Assembly (NCBI GenBank): GCA_963667785.2
Contig: CAXXMU010000005.1
Coordinates: 192,001-256,000, forward strand
From: Alphaproteobacteria bacterium
GTDB taxonomy: Bacteria > Pseudomonadota > Alphaproteobacteria > UBA828
DNA: 64,000 nucleotides
Direction of reading: 5' to 3'
A program made the position numbers and the translations under genes. Under the pieces are notes generated by a model that did not search any database, had not been told where the DNA came from, and saw only the letters and a program-made list of their open reading frames with translations. This document shows, piece by piece, positions 21,961 to 33,961 of this stretch (position 1 is the first letter of the stretch; each line of letters opens with the position of its first letter).

Positions 21961-23313
21961 TCACCGAGCCCTGCCCGTGGCCACCTCGGCCGCGTTGCGG
22001 ATGTCCTCCGCCCTGAGCCAGGACGCGCTGCCGTGCGGCAGACCCTCCGCGGCGACGCCGGCATGGTAGAGCGCCTTGTCGTAGTCGCCCCTGAGATAGG
22101 CAGACTCCGCGAACGCCAGCATGGAGGGCGCTCGCTCGCCCGCGCGGCCGCGCGCGATGCCCAGGTGATACCAGTACCCGGGCTCGGTCCGCTCCAGCCG
22201 GGTGGCGGTCTCCAGATGCCCGATCGCGTCGGCCAGCAAAGCCTCGTCGCCGGCCTCGATCTGGGCGCGGGCGAGGCCGAGCCGCAGCAGCGCCGCGTCC
22301 TCCCGCAACGCCACCGCGCGGCCGTAGGGCGCGATCGCCTCGCGCACGCGGCCGTTCTCGAAGAGGACCTGCCCCTTGAGCTCGTGGAACCAAGGGTCCT
22401 CGGGATGGAGCGCGAGCAGGGCGTCCAGTTCGGCCAGCGCGCGCGGCAGGTCTGGGATGCGGTAGTAGGCGATCGCGCGGGCGTAGCGGGCGACGGTCGA
22501 CTCCTCGGCATAGGCGGCGAGCGTTCGCTCTGGAGGATCGAGAAACCCCCTGAGCTTCGCCACCATCCGGTCGTGGGCGGTGCGCAGCGCCTCCGGGGCT
22601 TCGTCCGCGATCCCGCTCTCCCCCTCCAGGTGGTCGCGGATGAAGCGGACCCGCTCCCGGGTCAGCGGGTGGGAGCGGACATAGGCGTTGCCCTGCATCG
22701 GCGAGAGCCGCTCGCGCTCCTCCAGCCTCTGGAACATGTGCAGGAGGCCGCGCGCGGACTGCCCGGTGCTGGCGAGGAGGCTCACGGCCGCCTGGTCGGC
22801 CGCCTGCTCCTGCGCCCGGCTGTAGCGCAGGAAGGTCTGCTCCGCCACGGTCTGGCCGCCGACCACGATCGCGCTGCCGACCTCGCCCTGTCCGGCGATG
22901 ATGGCGCCGGCACCGAGGATGGTCGCCAGGATCATCTCCGCCGATGCGTCCTCCATCGCGCCGCGCGTGCGCGCGAGGTGGCCGCCGGCGATATGGCCGA
23001 TCTCGTGAGCGAGCACGCCGATGATCTCGCCCGGCTCCTCGGCCGCGGCCAGCAAGCCGCTGGTGAGGAAGAGATTGGGTCCGCCGGCGATGAAGGCGTT
23101 GATGCCGGGATCGTTGACGATGTGCAGCCGGACCGTGCCGTCGTCGAGGCCTGCCGCCTCCAGCAGTGGCGCGGCATAGGTGCCGATGGTAGTCTCGATC
23201 TCGGCGTCGCGGATGAGCGACATGCCCTGCGGTCTCGCCGGCGTCGCCGCCGCGAGGACCAAGGCGAGAGCTACGCAGGCGAGTGCCGCTGCGCGTGCAA
23301 GACGGATGACCAA
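21961..23313 (-). CDS. M48 family metalloprotease with TPR repeats (BepA/YfgC-like)
   Basis: Signal peptide, LIRDAEIE, INAF, HEIGH zinc motif and SHPLT.ER. Confidence 0.92.
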   Translation of the reverse strand: MVIRLARAAALACVALALVLAAATPARPQGMSLIRDAEIETTIGTYAAPLLEAAGLDDGTVRLHIVNDPGINAFIAGGPNLFLTSGLLAAAEEPGEIIGVLAHEIGHIAGGHLARTRGAMEDASAEMILATILGAGAIIAGQGEVGSAIVVGGQTVAEQTFLRYSRAQEQAADQAAVSLLASTGQSARGLLHMFQRLEERERLSPMQGNAYVRSHPLTRERVRFIRDHLEGESGIADEAPEALRTAHDRMVAKLRGFLDPPERTLAAYAEESTVARYARAIAYYRIPDLPRALAELDALLALHPEDPWFHELKGQVLFENGRVREAIAPYGRAVALREDAALLRLGLARAQIEAGDEALLADAIGHLETATRLERTEPGYWYHLGIARGRAGERAPSMLAFAESAYLRGDYDKALYHAGVAAEGLPHGSASWLRAEDIRNAAEVATGRAR

Positions 23314-23437
23314 CGCTTACGTTCCAAGGGGTAGGGGCTTGGATATGCCGCTTGCGCGCCGCCGTCAATGGGCCGCTCCCGTCGCCCCGGCCTCCGGCGC
23401 CGCCCGCGCCGCCCAGAGCGCGCCCTAGGGGGCAGCG

Positions 23438-24598
23438 GTGGCGGCGTCACGGCGCGCATCGGTCGCGCCCTTCTTCGCGATGGAGATTCTCAAGGCCGCC
23501 ACCGAGCGCGCGGCGACGGGCGCGCGCGTCTACCACATGGAGACCGGCGAGCCCGGCTCGGGCGCGCCCGAGGGCGTGCTGGCGGCCGCGCGGGCGGCCC
23601 TGGCGGAGACCAAGATCGGCTACACCGAGGCCCACGGCGTCACCGCGCTCCGCGAACGCATCGTCGCCTTCTATGAGGAGCGGTACGGCTTCAACCCTGC
23701 GCTCAAGCGTGTCGTGGTCACGACCGGGGGGTCCGCCGGGCTGATCCTCGCGTTCCTCGCCGCCTTCGATGTCGGCGATCGGGTGGCGCTGGCCAATCCC
23801 GGCTATCCCGCCTACCGCAACACGCTGCTCGCGCTCGGGCTGGAGCCGGTGCTGCTGCCGACCAGCGCGGAGACACGCTTCCAGCCGACGGTGGCGATGC
23901 TGGAGGCGCTGGAACGCTCGGAGCGGCCGGTGCGCGGGCTGGTGGTCGCCAGCCCGTCCAACCCGACCGGGACCATGCTGCCCAGGCGCGAGCTCGAGGC
24001 GGTGGCGGCGTTCTGCGACGGCCGGGGGATCCGCGTGGTCTCGGACGAGATCTACCACGGCATCACTTATGGCGAGCCGGCGGCCAGCGTCGCCGGCTTC
24101 TCCGAGTCCGCGGTCGTCATCAACGGCTTCTCGAAGTATTTCGCGATGACGGGCTGGCGGCTGGGCTGGATGATCGTGCCGGAAGACCTCGCGCGGGCGG
24201 TGGAGCGCCTGGCGCAGAACCTCTTCATCTCGCCGCCGTCGCTCTCGCAGCGGGCCGCGCTCGCCGCGTTCGATTGCCGGGACGAGCTGGAGGCCAACGT
24301 GGCCCGCTACGCCCGCAACCGCGAGATCGTCCAGCGGGCACTGCCGGCGGCCGGCTTCGGTGCGCTTGCCCCCTGCGACGGCGCCTTCTACGCCTACGCC
24401 GACGTCTCGGGCCTCAGCGACGACAGCGAGGCCTTCTGCCGGCGCATGCTGGCCGAGTGCGGGGTCGCCGCGACCCCCGGCATCGATTTCGACACGGAGC
24501 GGGGGCGGGCCTTCGTCCGCTTCTCCTACGCGGGCGCGACAGACGAGGTGGAGGCAGCCTGCGCCGCCCTCGGCCGCTGGCTCGCGCCCGGCGGCTGA
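23438..24598 (+). CDS. PLP-dependent class I/II aminotransferase
   Basis: Motifs PSNPTG, SDEIYHG and SKYFAMTGWRLGW. Confidence 0.93.
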   Translation: MAASRRASVAPFFAMEILKAATERAATGARVYHMETGEPGSGAPEGVLAAARAALAETKIGYTEAHGVTALRERIVAFYEERYGFNPALKRVVVTTGGSAGLILAFLAAFDVGDRVALANPGYPAYRNTLLALGLEPVLLPTSAETRFQPTVAMLEALERSERPVRGLVVASPSNPTGTMLPRRELEAVAAFCDGRGIRVVSDEIYHGITYGEPAASVAGFSESAVVINGFSKYFAMTGWRLGWMIVPEDLARAVERLAQNLFISPPSLSQRAALAAFDCRDELEANVARYARNREIVQRALPAAGFGALAPCDGAFYAYADVSGLSDDSEAFCRRMLAECGVAATPGIDFDTERGRAFVRFSYAGATDEVEAACAALGRWLAPGG

Positions 24599-24611
24599 GG
24601 CCCGGGCCGCC

Positions 24612-27251
24612 TCAGCGCGACGTCGAGCTGAGGCGCTGCCACCAGCCGCGACGCCGGGGCCGGTCGGCCGCGTCGTCGTCCAAAGCATCGCCCAGCCTGT
24701 CCGCCGGCGTCTCCTCCAGCGCGGGCAGCGGCGCGGTCTCGTCCGCGTCGGCGCCGTTGCTGCCGTCGCCGGCGGGGGCTCCGCGCGCGGCAGGCGGCTC
24801 GGCCACCGCCACGACGGACACGGGCATCGCCTCGTCGCCGGGCGCGGCGGTCTGGTCGTCGTCCCGGGCGGCATCCGGCGCAGGAGCCCGCTCGGCGTCC
24901 TCGGCGGGGGGCTCGGGCGCAGGCGCGGGCTCCGCTGCGGGCGCGTCGTCGTCGGCAATCCCCTCGGCCGCAGGCGGCACCGCCGCGTCCTCGGCGGCCG
25001 CCTCCGGTGACGCCTCCTGAGACGCCTCCGGGGCCGTCTCGCCGGCGCTCTCGCGCGGCTTCTCCTGCTGCTTCGCCGTCCGGCTGCGCCCGCCACGCCG
25101 GCCGCGGCGACGGCGCTTGGCGCGAGGCGCCTCGTCGGTCTTGCCGTCGGCCGCCTCGGCAGCCTCCTCCGACTCGGCTTCGGTCTCGGCGCGGCCGTCG
25201 GCCTCGGCCGGCTCGTCCGCAGCGTCCCTCGCGGCGGTTGCGACAGCGACGTCCTCGGCCGCCTCCGAGCGGGGCTTGCGCCGCCTGCGCCGCCTGCGCT
25301 TCGTCGGCTCGGCCGTATCGCCTGCCCCGTCGGCCTCGTCCCGAGCGGTCGCCGGGGCGGGCTCGTCCGGCTCCGCCCCGGCGGGCTCGGCCAAGGGTGT
25401 GGTCCGGGTGGCGACGCGCTCGATGGCGTAGCTCGGCGGCACCAGGCTGTCGTCCTGCTCGAAGCCCACGGCGAAGTCGTAGCGCTGCTCGATCTCCTCC
25501 AGCATGGGGCGCTTCCGGTTCAGGATGTAGAGCCCGACGGCGGCCGGCACGCGCAGGCGGATTTCGGCGCTCTTGCCCTGCAGCCCTTCCTCCTCGATGG
25601 CCCTGAGCGCATGCACCGCCGAGGATTCCACCGAGCGCCGGACGCCGGTGCCGCCGCAGCTGCCGCAGCGCTCCATGCTCGCCTCCACCAGGCTCGGGCG
25701 CAGCCGCTGGCGCGACAGCTCCATCAGGCCGAAGGGGCTGATCCGGCCGATGCGGATGCGGGCGCGGTCGTTGCGCATCGCCTCCTTGAGCCTGCGCTCC
25801 ACCGCCCGCTGGTTGCGGTTCTCGTCCATGTCGATGAAGTCGATGACGATCAGCCCGGCAAGGTCGCGCAGCCGAAGCTGGCGCGCGATCTCGTCGGCCG
25901 CCTCCAGGTTGGTCTTGAGCGCGGTCTCCTCGATCGAGCGCTCGCGCGTGGCCCGCCCCGAGTTCACGTCGATCGCCACCAGCGCCTCGGTGGGGTTGAT
26001 GACCAGATAGCCCCCGGACTTGAGCTGCAGCTCCGGGCCGTACATGGAATCGAGCTGGCTCTCCACCTGATAGCGGACGAAGAGGGGGATGCGGTCGCGA
26101 TAGGCTTTGACCCTCGAGGAGTGGCTCGGGATCATCGTCTTCATGAAGGTCTTGGCGGTCTTGTAGCCCTCGTCGCCCTCGATCAGGATCTGCTCGATGT
26201 CGCGCGTGTAGAGGTCGCGGATCGAGCGGCGGATCAGATTGGCCTCCTCGTTGATGACGCAGGGCGCCATCGATTCCATGGTGAGATCGCGGATGTTCTG
26301 CCAGCGGCGCAGCAGGTACTCCAGATCGCGCCTGATCTCGGTCTTGGAGCGCGACAGGCCCGCGGTCCGCACGATGACCGCCATGCGCGCCGGGATGTCG
26401 AGATCGTTCATGATCTTCTTGAGGCGGCGGCGGTCTTCGGCGTTGACGATCTTGCGCGAGATGCCGCCGCCCCGGATCGCGTTGGGCATCAGGACGATGT
26501 AGCGGCCCGCGAGCGACAGGTAGGTGGTCAGCGCCGCGCCCTTGTTGCCGCGCTCCTCCTTGACCACCTGCACCAGGAGGATCTGGCGCTTCCTGATGAC
26601 CTCCTGGATGCGGTAGCGGCGGCTGAGGAGCGAGCGGCTGGCCTGCAGGCGCCGGCGCTCCAGATCGTCCATCTCGTCGCCGCCCATCACCTCGATGTCG
26701 GCATCGGCGGCGGCCCGGCCGTTGCCATTGCCGTTGCCGTTGGCGTCGCTCTCGGCGATATCGTCGGCGCCGCCCTCGCCGTCCGTGCCGGCGGCGGTCC
26801 CCGGTTCGCCCGGCCCGCCTTCCTCGGCGGCGCTCTCGTCGACCGCCGCCGCGGCGGCCTCCGGCGCGGCCTCGGCCTCCGGCGGCGCGTCGCCGTCCGC
26901 CCCGGCCTCGACCCCGTCCCCGGCCGCGTCCACCGGCGGGCCGTCGGCCGCATCGTCCGCGCCGACTGCCGCCTGCTCGGCGTAGAGCGCCTCCCGGTCC
27001 TCGACCGGGATCTGATAGTAGTCGGGGTGAATCTCGTTGAAGGGAAGGAAGCCGTGGCGATTGCCGCCATAGTCGACGAACGCCGCCTGGAGCGAGGGCT
27101 CCACGCGCATGACCTTGGCTAGATAGACATTTCCCTTGAGCTGCTTGCGCGCAGCCGATTCGAAGTCGAACTCTTCTAGGCGCGTTCCGTCCGCCACGAC
27201 CACGCGGGTCTCTTCCGCGTGGCTGGCATCGATGAGCATGCGTTTGGCCAT
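24612..27251 (-). CDS. rne: Ribonuclease E
   Basis: MAKRMLIDA start, RVEPSLQAAFVDYG, IDVNSG and VIDFIDM; disordered acidic/Arg-rich C-terminus ending RRGWWQR. Confidence 0.96.
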   Translation of the reverse strand: MAKRMLIDASHAEETRVVVADGTRLEEFDFESAARKQLKGNVYLAKVMRVEPSLQAAFVDYGGNRHGFLPFNEIHPDYYQIPVEDREALYAEQAAVGADDAADGPPVDAAGDGVEAGADGDAPPEAEAAPEAAAAAVDESAAEEGGPGEPGTAAGTDGEGGADDIAESDANGNGNGNGRAAADADIEVMGGDEMDDLERRRLQASRSLLSRRYRIQEVIRKRQILLVQVVKEERGNKGAALTTYLSLAGRYIVLMPNAIRGGGISRKIVNAEDRRRLKKIMNDLDIPARMAVIVRTAGLSRSKTEIRRDLEYLLRRWQNIRDLTMESMAPCVINEEANLIRRSIRDLYTRDIEQILIEGDEGYKTAKTFMKTMIPSHSSRVKAYRDRIPLFVRYQVESQLDSMYGPELQLKSGGYLVINPTEALVAIDVNSGRATRERSIEETALKTNLEAADEIARQLRLRDLAGLIVIDFIDMDENRNQRAVERRLKEAMRNDRARIRIGRISPFGLMELSRQRLRPSLVEASMERCGSCGGTGVRRSVESSAVHALRAIEEEGLQGKSAEIRLRVPAAVGLYILNRKRPMLEEIEQRYDFAVGFEQDDSLVPPSYAIERVATRTTPLAEPAGAEPDEPAPATARDEADGAGDTAEPTKRRRRRRRKPRSEAAEDVAVATAARDAADEPAEADGRAETEAESEEAAEAADGKTDEAPRAKRRRRGRRGGRSRTAKQQEKPRESAGETAPEASQEASPEAAAEDAAVPPAAEGIADDDAPAAEPAPAPEPPAEDAERAPAPDAARDDDQTAAPGDEAMPVSVVAVAEPPAARGAPAGDGSNGADADETAPLPALEETPADRLGDALDDDAADRPRRRGWWQRLSSTSR

Positions 27252-27566
27252 TCTTGTGCTTTCTCCGTCCGGGAGCGCGCAGGGGGCGTTGCCCCGTGTG
27301 AGCGCGTCCGCGGGAACGCGATGCAGCGCCGTGCCCGTTCGCCGCCGCCGGCCGGCGCATGCCGGTCTCGTCTCACGACGGTCCGCCTCACGGCGGGGAC
27401 GGTCGGCTCGATTGTGGGCGGCTGCCGCATCGAAAACGTTCCATGGTTTCGATGAGTAGGATCGTCGGACGCTCCCGCTGCCTCCCGGCATCGGTGCCGG
27501 GCGACCGCCGTTCTCGCGTTCGCCACGCGTGCGGCGCGGCGCGTCCGTCCGTAGTGTCGCGCTGTC

Positions 27567-27595
27567 AATATAGGGCCGCTGGCGCCCGGAGGCAA
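27567..27595 (-). promoter_or_regulatory. Putative sigma70 promoter for rne (TTGCCT-17-TATATT)
   Basis: Hexamers with 17-nt spacer on the minus strand, ~310 nt upstream of the rne ATG. Confidence 0.55.
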
Positions 27596-27665
27596 TGCCG
27601 GCCTGCCGGCGCCCACCGCCGCGGCCCGCGTTTCCGGCCGCGACTCTACTCTCTCCGGGCCGGCG

Positions 27666-27694
27666 TTGACGCTCACCGGGGCGCTCACTACATT
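27666..27694 (+). promoter_or_regulatory. Putative promoter for hrcA (TTGACG-17-TACATT)
   Basis: Consensus-like hexamers with 17-nt spacer, 33 nt upstream of the GTG. Confidence 0.55.
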
Positions 27695-27727
27695 CAGGCC
27701 GCCTACGAAAAAGGACGGGATCGCACG

Positions 27728-28765
27728 GTGCTGCGCGAACTGACTGACCGCTCGCGGGAGGTGCTCCGCCGGCTGGTGGAGGAATTCATGGAGACCGGCC
27801 AGCCGGTCGGCTCGCGCACGCTCTCGCGCCGCCTGTCCACGCCCGTGTCGCCGGCCACGGTGCGCAACGTCATGGCCGACCTGGAGGATGCGGGCCTGCT
27901 CTATGCGCCCCACGTCTCGGCGGGGAGGCTACCGACCCAGCTCGGCCTCAGGATCTACGTCGACGGGCTGCTCGAGCTCGGCCACCTCACCGAGGAGGAG
28001 CGCGCCAGCATCGAGGGCAGGTGCCATGCCGCCGGGCGCACCGTCGAGGAGATGCTGACCGAGACCACCGAAGCGCTGTCGGGCCTGTCAGGCTGCGCCG
28101 GACTGGTGCTGGCGCCGAAGGCCGACGTGCCCTGCCGCCAGGTGGAGTTCGTGAGCCTCAGCCAGGGCCGCGCCCTCGCGGTCATGGTGACGGAGAGCGG
28201 GCTGGTCGAGAACCGCGTCATCGACCTGCCCCAGGGCATGACCCAGTCGCATCTGAGCCGCGCCACCAACTACCTGAACGCCAGGCTCGCCGGCCGCACC
28301 CTCGTCGAGCTCAGGGACGAGATCCTCGGCGAGATCGAGGAGCACCGGGCCCAGCTCGACGATCTCACGGCGCGCGTGGTCGAGGCCGGCATCGCCGAGT
28401 GGGCGAACGGCGCGCGCGACCACGGCAGCCTCATCGTGCGCGGCCGGGCCAATCTGATCGACGACGTGACCGCGCTGGCCGACCTCGAACGGATCCGGCA
28501 CCTCTTCGATGCCCTCGACGAGCGCAACGACTTCATAAGGCTGCTGGAGAGCACCGAAGGGGCGGAGGGGGTCCAGATCTTCATCGGGGCGGAGAGCACG
28601 CTCTTCGCCTCGACCGGATGCTCGATGATCGTCGCCCCCTACCGCGATTCGGACGCGCGCTTCATCGGGGCCATCGGCGTGATCGGCCCGACCCGGATCA
28701 ACTACGGCCGCATCATCCCGATGGTCGATCACACCGCCGCGGTCATCGGCCGCGTGCTCGGCTGA
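27728..28765 (+). CDS. hrcA: Heat-inducible transcription repressor HrcA
   Basis: Motifs PVGSRTLS, SPATVRNVMADLE, PHVSAGRLPT and GVIGPTRINY. Confidence 0.96.
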   Translation: MLRELTDRSREVLRRLVEEFMETGQPVGSRTLSRRLSTPVSPATVRNVMADLEDAGLLYAPHVSAGRLPTQLGLRIYVDGLLELGHLTEEERASIEGRCHAAGRTVEEMLTETTEALSGLSGCAGLVLAPKADVPCRQVEFVSLSQGRALAVMVTESGLVENRVIDLPQGMTQSHLSRATNYLNARLAGRTLVELRDEILGEIEEHRAQLDDLTARVVEAGIAEWANGARDHGSLIVRGRANLIDDVTALADLERIRHLFDALDERNDFIRLLESTEGAEGVQIFIGAESTLFASTGCSMIVAPYRDSDARFIGAIGVIGPTRINYGRIIPMVDHTAAVIGRVLG

Positions 28766-28827
28766 GCGGGCAGGATCCGGCGCCGCGGCGCAATCCCTGG
28801 CGGGCGCCAGGAGGGACGAAGGGAACC

Positions 28828-29550
28828 ATGCACGACGAGACGGAACGGGCCGGGCCGGAGAGCGAAGCCGCCGCGCCCGCGGCCGAGGCGGACGGTCCGG
28901 GCGATGCCGGCATGCCGGAGGCCGGCGACGGCGGCGGCGAGGGGGAGGCCGCGGCCGCTGAGGATGAGCCGTGCGGGCCCGAGGCCGGCGAAGAGGACAC
29001 CGACGAAGGCGGGGACGACGCCCCGGGCGGCGAGGCAGCGCTCAAGGATCAGCTCCTGCGTGCCCTTGCCGATGCCGAGAACGCGCGGCGCCGGGCCAAG
29101 AAGGATGTCGAGGACGCGCGGACTTACGCCATCTCGCGCTTCGCCCAGGACCTGCTCGGCGTCGCCGACAATCTCGCCCGCGCGCTGGACAGCATCCCCG
29201 CCGAGCGGCGCGACGGCGACGACGCGGTGAAGGCGATCGCCGACGGCGTCGAGATGACGGCGCGGGAGTTCGAGGCGGCCCTGGCCCGCCACGGCATCAC
29301 CAGGATCGACCCGCTGGGCGAGAAGTTCGACTACAACTTCCATCAGGCGCTGTTCGAGACCGCGGACACCGACCAGCCGGACGGCACCGTCGTCCAGGTG
29401 CTGCAGACCGGCTACAGGATCGGCGACCGGCTGCTGCGCGAGGCGATGGTGGGCGTGGCCAAAGGCGGCGCCGCGCCGGCAGACGAGGGCGACGATGCGG
29501 ATGCGGAGGACGCGCCCGCAGCGGACGCGCCCGCCGATGAGCCCTCATGA
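28828..29550 (+). CDS. grpE: Nucleotide exchange factor GrpE
   Basis: Motifs LLRALADAENARRR, FD.NFHQA and GY.IGDRLLREAMVGV. Confidence 0.95.
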   Translation: MHDETERAGPESEAAAPAAEADGPGDAGMPEAGDGGGEGEAAAAEDEPCGPEAGEEDTDEGGDDAPGGEAALKDQLLRALADAENARRRAKKDVEDARTYAISRFAQDLLGVADNLARALDSIPAERRDGDDAVKAIADGVEMTAREFEAALARHGITRIDPLGEKFDYNFHQALFETADTDQPDGTVVQVLQTGYRIGDRLLREAMVGVAKGGAAPADEGDDADAEDAPAADAPADEPS

Positions 29551-29584
29551 GCCGCCAAGAGCGTTGCCTGCGCCACCCTCGCGG

Positions 29585-29612
29585 CTTGCAGCACGCGATT
29601 CCGCACCCATAT
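29585..29612 (+). promoter_or_regulatory. Putative RpoH (sigma32) promoter for dnaK (CTTGCA-15-CCCATAT)
   Basis: Matches the CTTGAA...CCCCATAT consensus upstream of dnaK. Confidence 0.65.
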
Positions 29613-29767
29613 TGAACGCTGGACCCGGCTGCCGCCCGTTGCGGCGAGCCCGACGGAACTCGGGCATGGGACATGCGGCGCGCCGCATGCAACACGAAAC
29701 ACGAGACACGGGGCACGAGGCGATGCATGACGTGGTCGCTCGGGCCTGCTGAGAATAGGGACGAGAC

Positions 29768-31723
<1,956 letters not shown>

Positions 31724-31806
31724 GCCGGAAGCGGGCGGCCTGCGCGGGTTTGGAGGCAGCGGGCGGGGGGCCGGCCATGCGCGACCTCCCAGCGGGCCGC
31801 TGAGCC

Positions 31807-32946
31807 ATGGCCAAGGCCGACTATTACGACCTGCTCGGCGCCTCGCGCGACGCCAGCGAGGACGACCTCAAGAAGGCCTACCGCAAGCTCGCCATGCAGT
31901 ACCATCCGGACCGCAATCCGGACGACAAGCAGGCCGAGCAGAAGTTCAAGGAGATATCCGAGGCCTACCACGTGCTCTCCGACAAGGAGAAGCGCGCGGC
32001 CTACGACCGCTTCGGCCACGCCGCGTTCGACGGCCCGGGCTCCGGCCCCGGCGCCGGCGGTTTCGACTTCGGCACCAGCTTCGCCGATGTGTTCGACGAT
32101 CTCTTCGGCGAGTTCATGGGCGGTGGTGCCAGGCGCGGCGGCCGGCGCCAGCCGGCGCGGGGCGCGGATCTCCGCTACAACATGGAGATCACGCTGGAGG
32201 ACGCCTTCGGCGGCAAGCAGGCGACGATCCGCGTTCCCGGCACCGTGTCCTGCGAGCCCTGCGACGGCTCGGGCGCCCGCGCCGGTACCCGGCCTTCCGC
32301 GTGCGGCACCTGCGGCGGCGCGGGCAAGGTGCGGGCCCAGCAGGGTTTCTTCACCATCGAGCGGACCTGCCCCACCTGCCAGGGCGCGGGCCAGGTGATC
32401 GCCGACCCCTGCCCCGAGTGCCGCGGCGCGGGCCGGGTGCAGAAGGAGAAGTCGCTCGCCGTCAACATCCCGCCCGGCGTCGAGGACGGCACCCGCATCA
32501 GGCTCGCCGGCGAGGGCGAGGCCGGCGCCCGCGGCGCACCGCCGGGCGATCTCTACATCTTCCTCTCGGTCGCGCCGCACCGCATCTTCCAGCGCGACGC
32601 CATGCACGTCCACTGCCGGGTGCCCATCCCGATGACCACGGCGGCACTCGGCGGCGCGGTCGAGGTGCCCACCGTCAGCGGCAGCCGGGCGCGGGTCACG
32701 GTGCCGGCAGGTACCCAGTCGGGGCACCAATTCCGCCTGCGCGGCAAGGGCATGCCGGCGCTGCGCGGCGCCGGCCACGGCGACATGTACATCGAGGTCG
32801 CCGTCGAGACGCCGGTCAACCTGAACAAGCGCCAGAGGGAGCTGCTCGCGCAATTCGACGAGCAGGGGGGCTCGCGCTCGACCAGCCCCGAATCCGAGGG
32901 CTTTTTCGCCAAGGTGAAGGAGCTCTGGGAGGATCTTAAGGACTGA
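31807..32946 (+). CDS. dnaJ: Chaperone DnaJ
   Basis: J-domain HPD, G/F-rich region and four CxxCxGxG repeats. Confidence 0.98.
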   Translation: MAKADYYDLLGASRDASEDDLKKAYRKLAMQYHPDRNPDDKQAEQKFKEISEAYHVLSDKEKRAAYDRFGHAAFDGPGSGPGAGGFDFGTSFADVFDDLFGEFMGGGARRGGRRQPARGADLRYNMEITLEDAFGGKQATIRVPGTVSCEPCDGSGARAGTRPSACGTCGGAGKVRAQQGFFTIERTCPTCQGAGQVIADPCPECRGAGRVQKEKSLAVNIPPGVEDGTRIRLAGEGEAGARGAPPGDLYIFLSVAPHRIFQRDAMHVHCRVPIPMTTAALGGAVEVPTVSGSRARVTVPAGTQSGHQFRLRGKGMPALRGAGHGDMYIEVAVETPVNLNKRQRELLAQFDEQGGSRSTSPESEGFFAKVKELWEDLKD

Positions 32947-33010
32947 CTTTTTCTTACCCCTCAATCGCCGGGCGCTCGCTCCACTCGCTTGGCTACGCGC
33001 TTGGCGGCGC

Positions 33011-33054
33011 GCCGGCGCGGTCGCGCCGGCCGGGCCTGACGGCCCGGTCCTTGT
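33011..33054 (+). terminator. Twin GC hairpins after dnaJ, possible terminator
   Basis: GCCGGCGCG-GT-CGCGCCGGC, then CCGGGCC-TGAC-GGCCCGG followed by TCCTTGT (weak U tract). Confidence 0.35.
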
Positions 33055-33138
33055 AATGATCCACATCCCGACCGCTGCCGAGCGCTTCGTGGCTGCCGGC
33101 CGCTTGCGCGGGCCGGGGTGCGTCGCCACTATTGTCCG

Positions 33139-33939
33139 ATGAAGATCGGCATCCCGGGCGCCGCCGGGCGCATGGGCCAGGCGCTGACCCGCCAGGTCGC
33201 GGGCACCGAGGGTTGTGCGCTGGTCGCCGCGACCGAAGTGCCGGACCATCCCGCCCTCGGGCGGGACTGCGGCGCGCTTGCCGGTATCGAGCCGCTCGGC
33301 GTCACGCTCGGTGACGACGCGCAGGCGATGTTCCGCGCGGCCGATGCGGTGCTCGACTTCACCCTGCCGGGCGCCGCCGTCCGCCACGCCGAGCTGGCCG
33401 CGTCCGAAGGCGCGATCCTGGTCGTCGGCACCACCGGCCTCGGCGACGCCGAGCAGGCGGCGCTGGAAGCGGCGGCGGCGCGGGTCGCCGTGGTGCAGGC
33501 GCCCAACATGAGCCTCGCGGTCAACCTTCTGCTCAGGCTCACCGAGCAGGTCGCCGGCCTGCTCGACGACGACTACGACATCGAGATCGTCGAGATGCAC
33601 CACCGGCACAAGATCGATGCGCCGTCCGGCACCGCGCTCGGCCTCGGCCGGGCGGCCGCGAGGGCGCGTGGCGTCTCGCTCGACGAGGTGGCCGCGCGGG
33701 GCCGCGACGGGGTCACCGGCGAGAGGCCGCGCGGCGCGATCGGCTTCGCCGCGCTCAGGGGCGGCGACGTCGTCGGCGAGCACAGCGTGATCTTCGCGGC
33801 GGACGGCGAGAGGCTGGAGCTGGCCTGCCGCTCGTCGAACCGCCAGACCTACGCGCGCGGCGCCCTCCAGGCGGCGCGCTGGGCGCGGGGGAAGCCGCCC
33901 GGCCTCTACACCATGGCGGACGTTCTCGGCCTCGCCTGA
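33139..33939 (+). CDS. dapB: 4-hydroxy-tetrahydrodipicolinate reductase
   Basis: Motifs GAAGRMG, DFT, GTTG and [15 protein letters not shown]. Confidence 0.97.
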   Translation: MKIGIPGAAGRMGQALTRQVAGTEGCALVAATEVPDHPALGRDCGALAGIEPLGVTLGDDAQAMFRAADAVLDFTLPGAAVRHAELAASEGAILVVGTTGLGDAEQAALEAAAARVAVVQAPNMSLAVNLLLRLTEQVAGLLDDDYDIEIVEMHHRHKIDAPSGTALGLGRAAARARGVSLDEVAARGRDGVTGERPRGAIGFAALRGGDVVGEHSVIFAADGERLELACRSSNRQTYARGALQAARWARGKPPGLYTMADVLGLA

Positions 33940-33961
33940 GCCGCTGCCTGCAGCCGCCCGG

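Noticed and set aside
24612-25400. Low-complexity acidic/Arg-rich stretch at the end of rne
   Set aside because: Expected intrinsically disordered RNase E scaffold, not a repeat element
27600-29767. CIRCE operator near hrcA/grpE/dnaK
   Set aside because: No TTAGCACTC-N9-GAGTGCTAA seen; in this class CIRCE is typically at groESL
33057-33065. TGATCCACA DnaA-box-like 9-mer upstream of dapB
   Set aside because: Single isolated box with no AT-rich unwinding region; insufficient for an origin call
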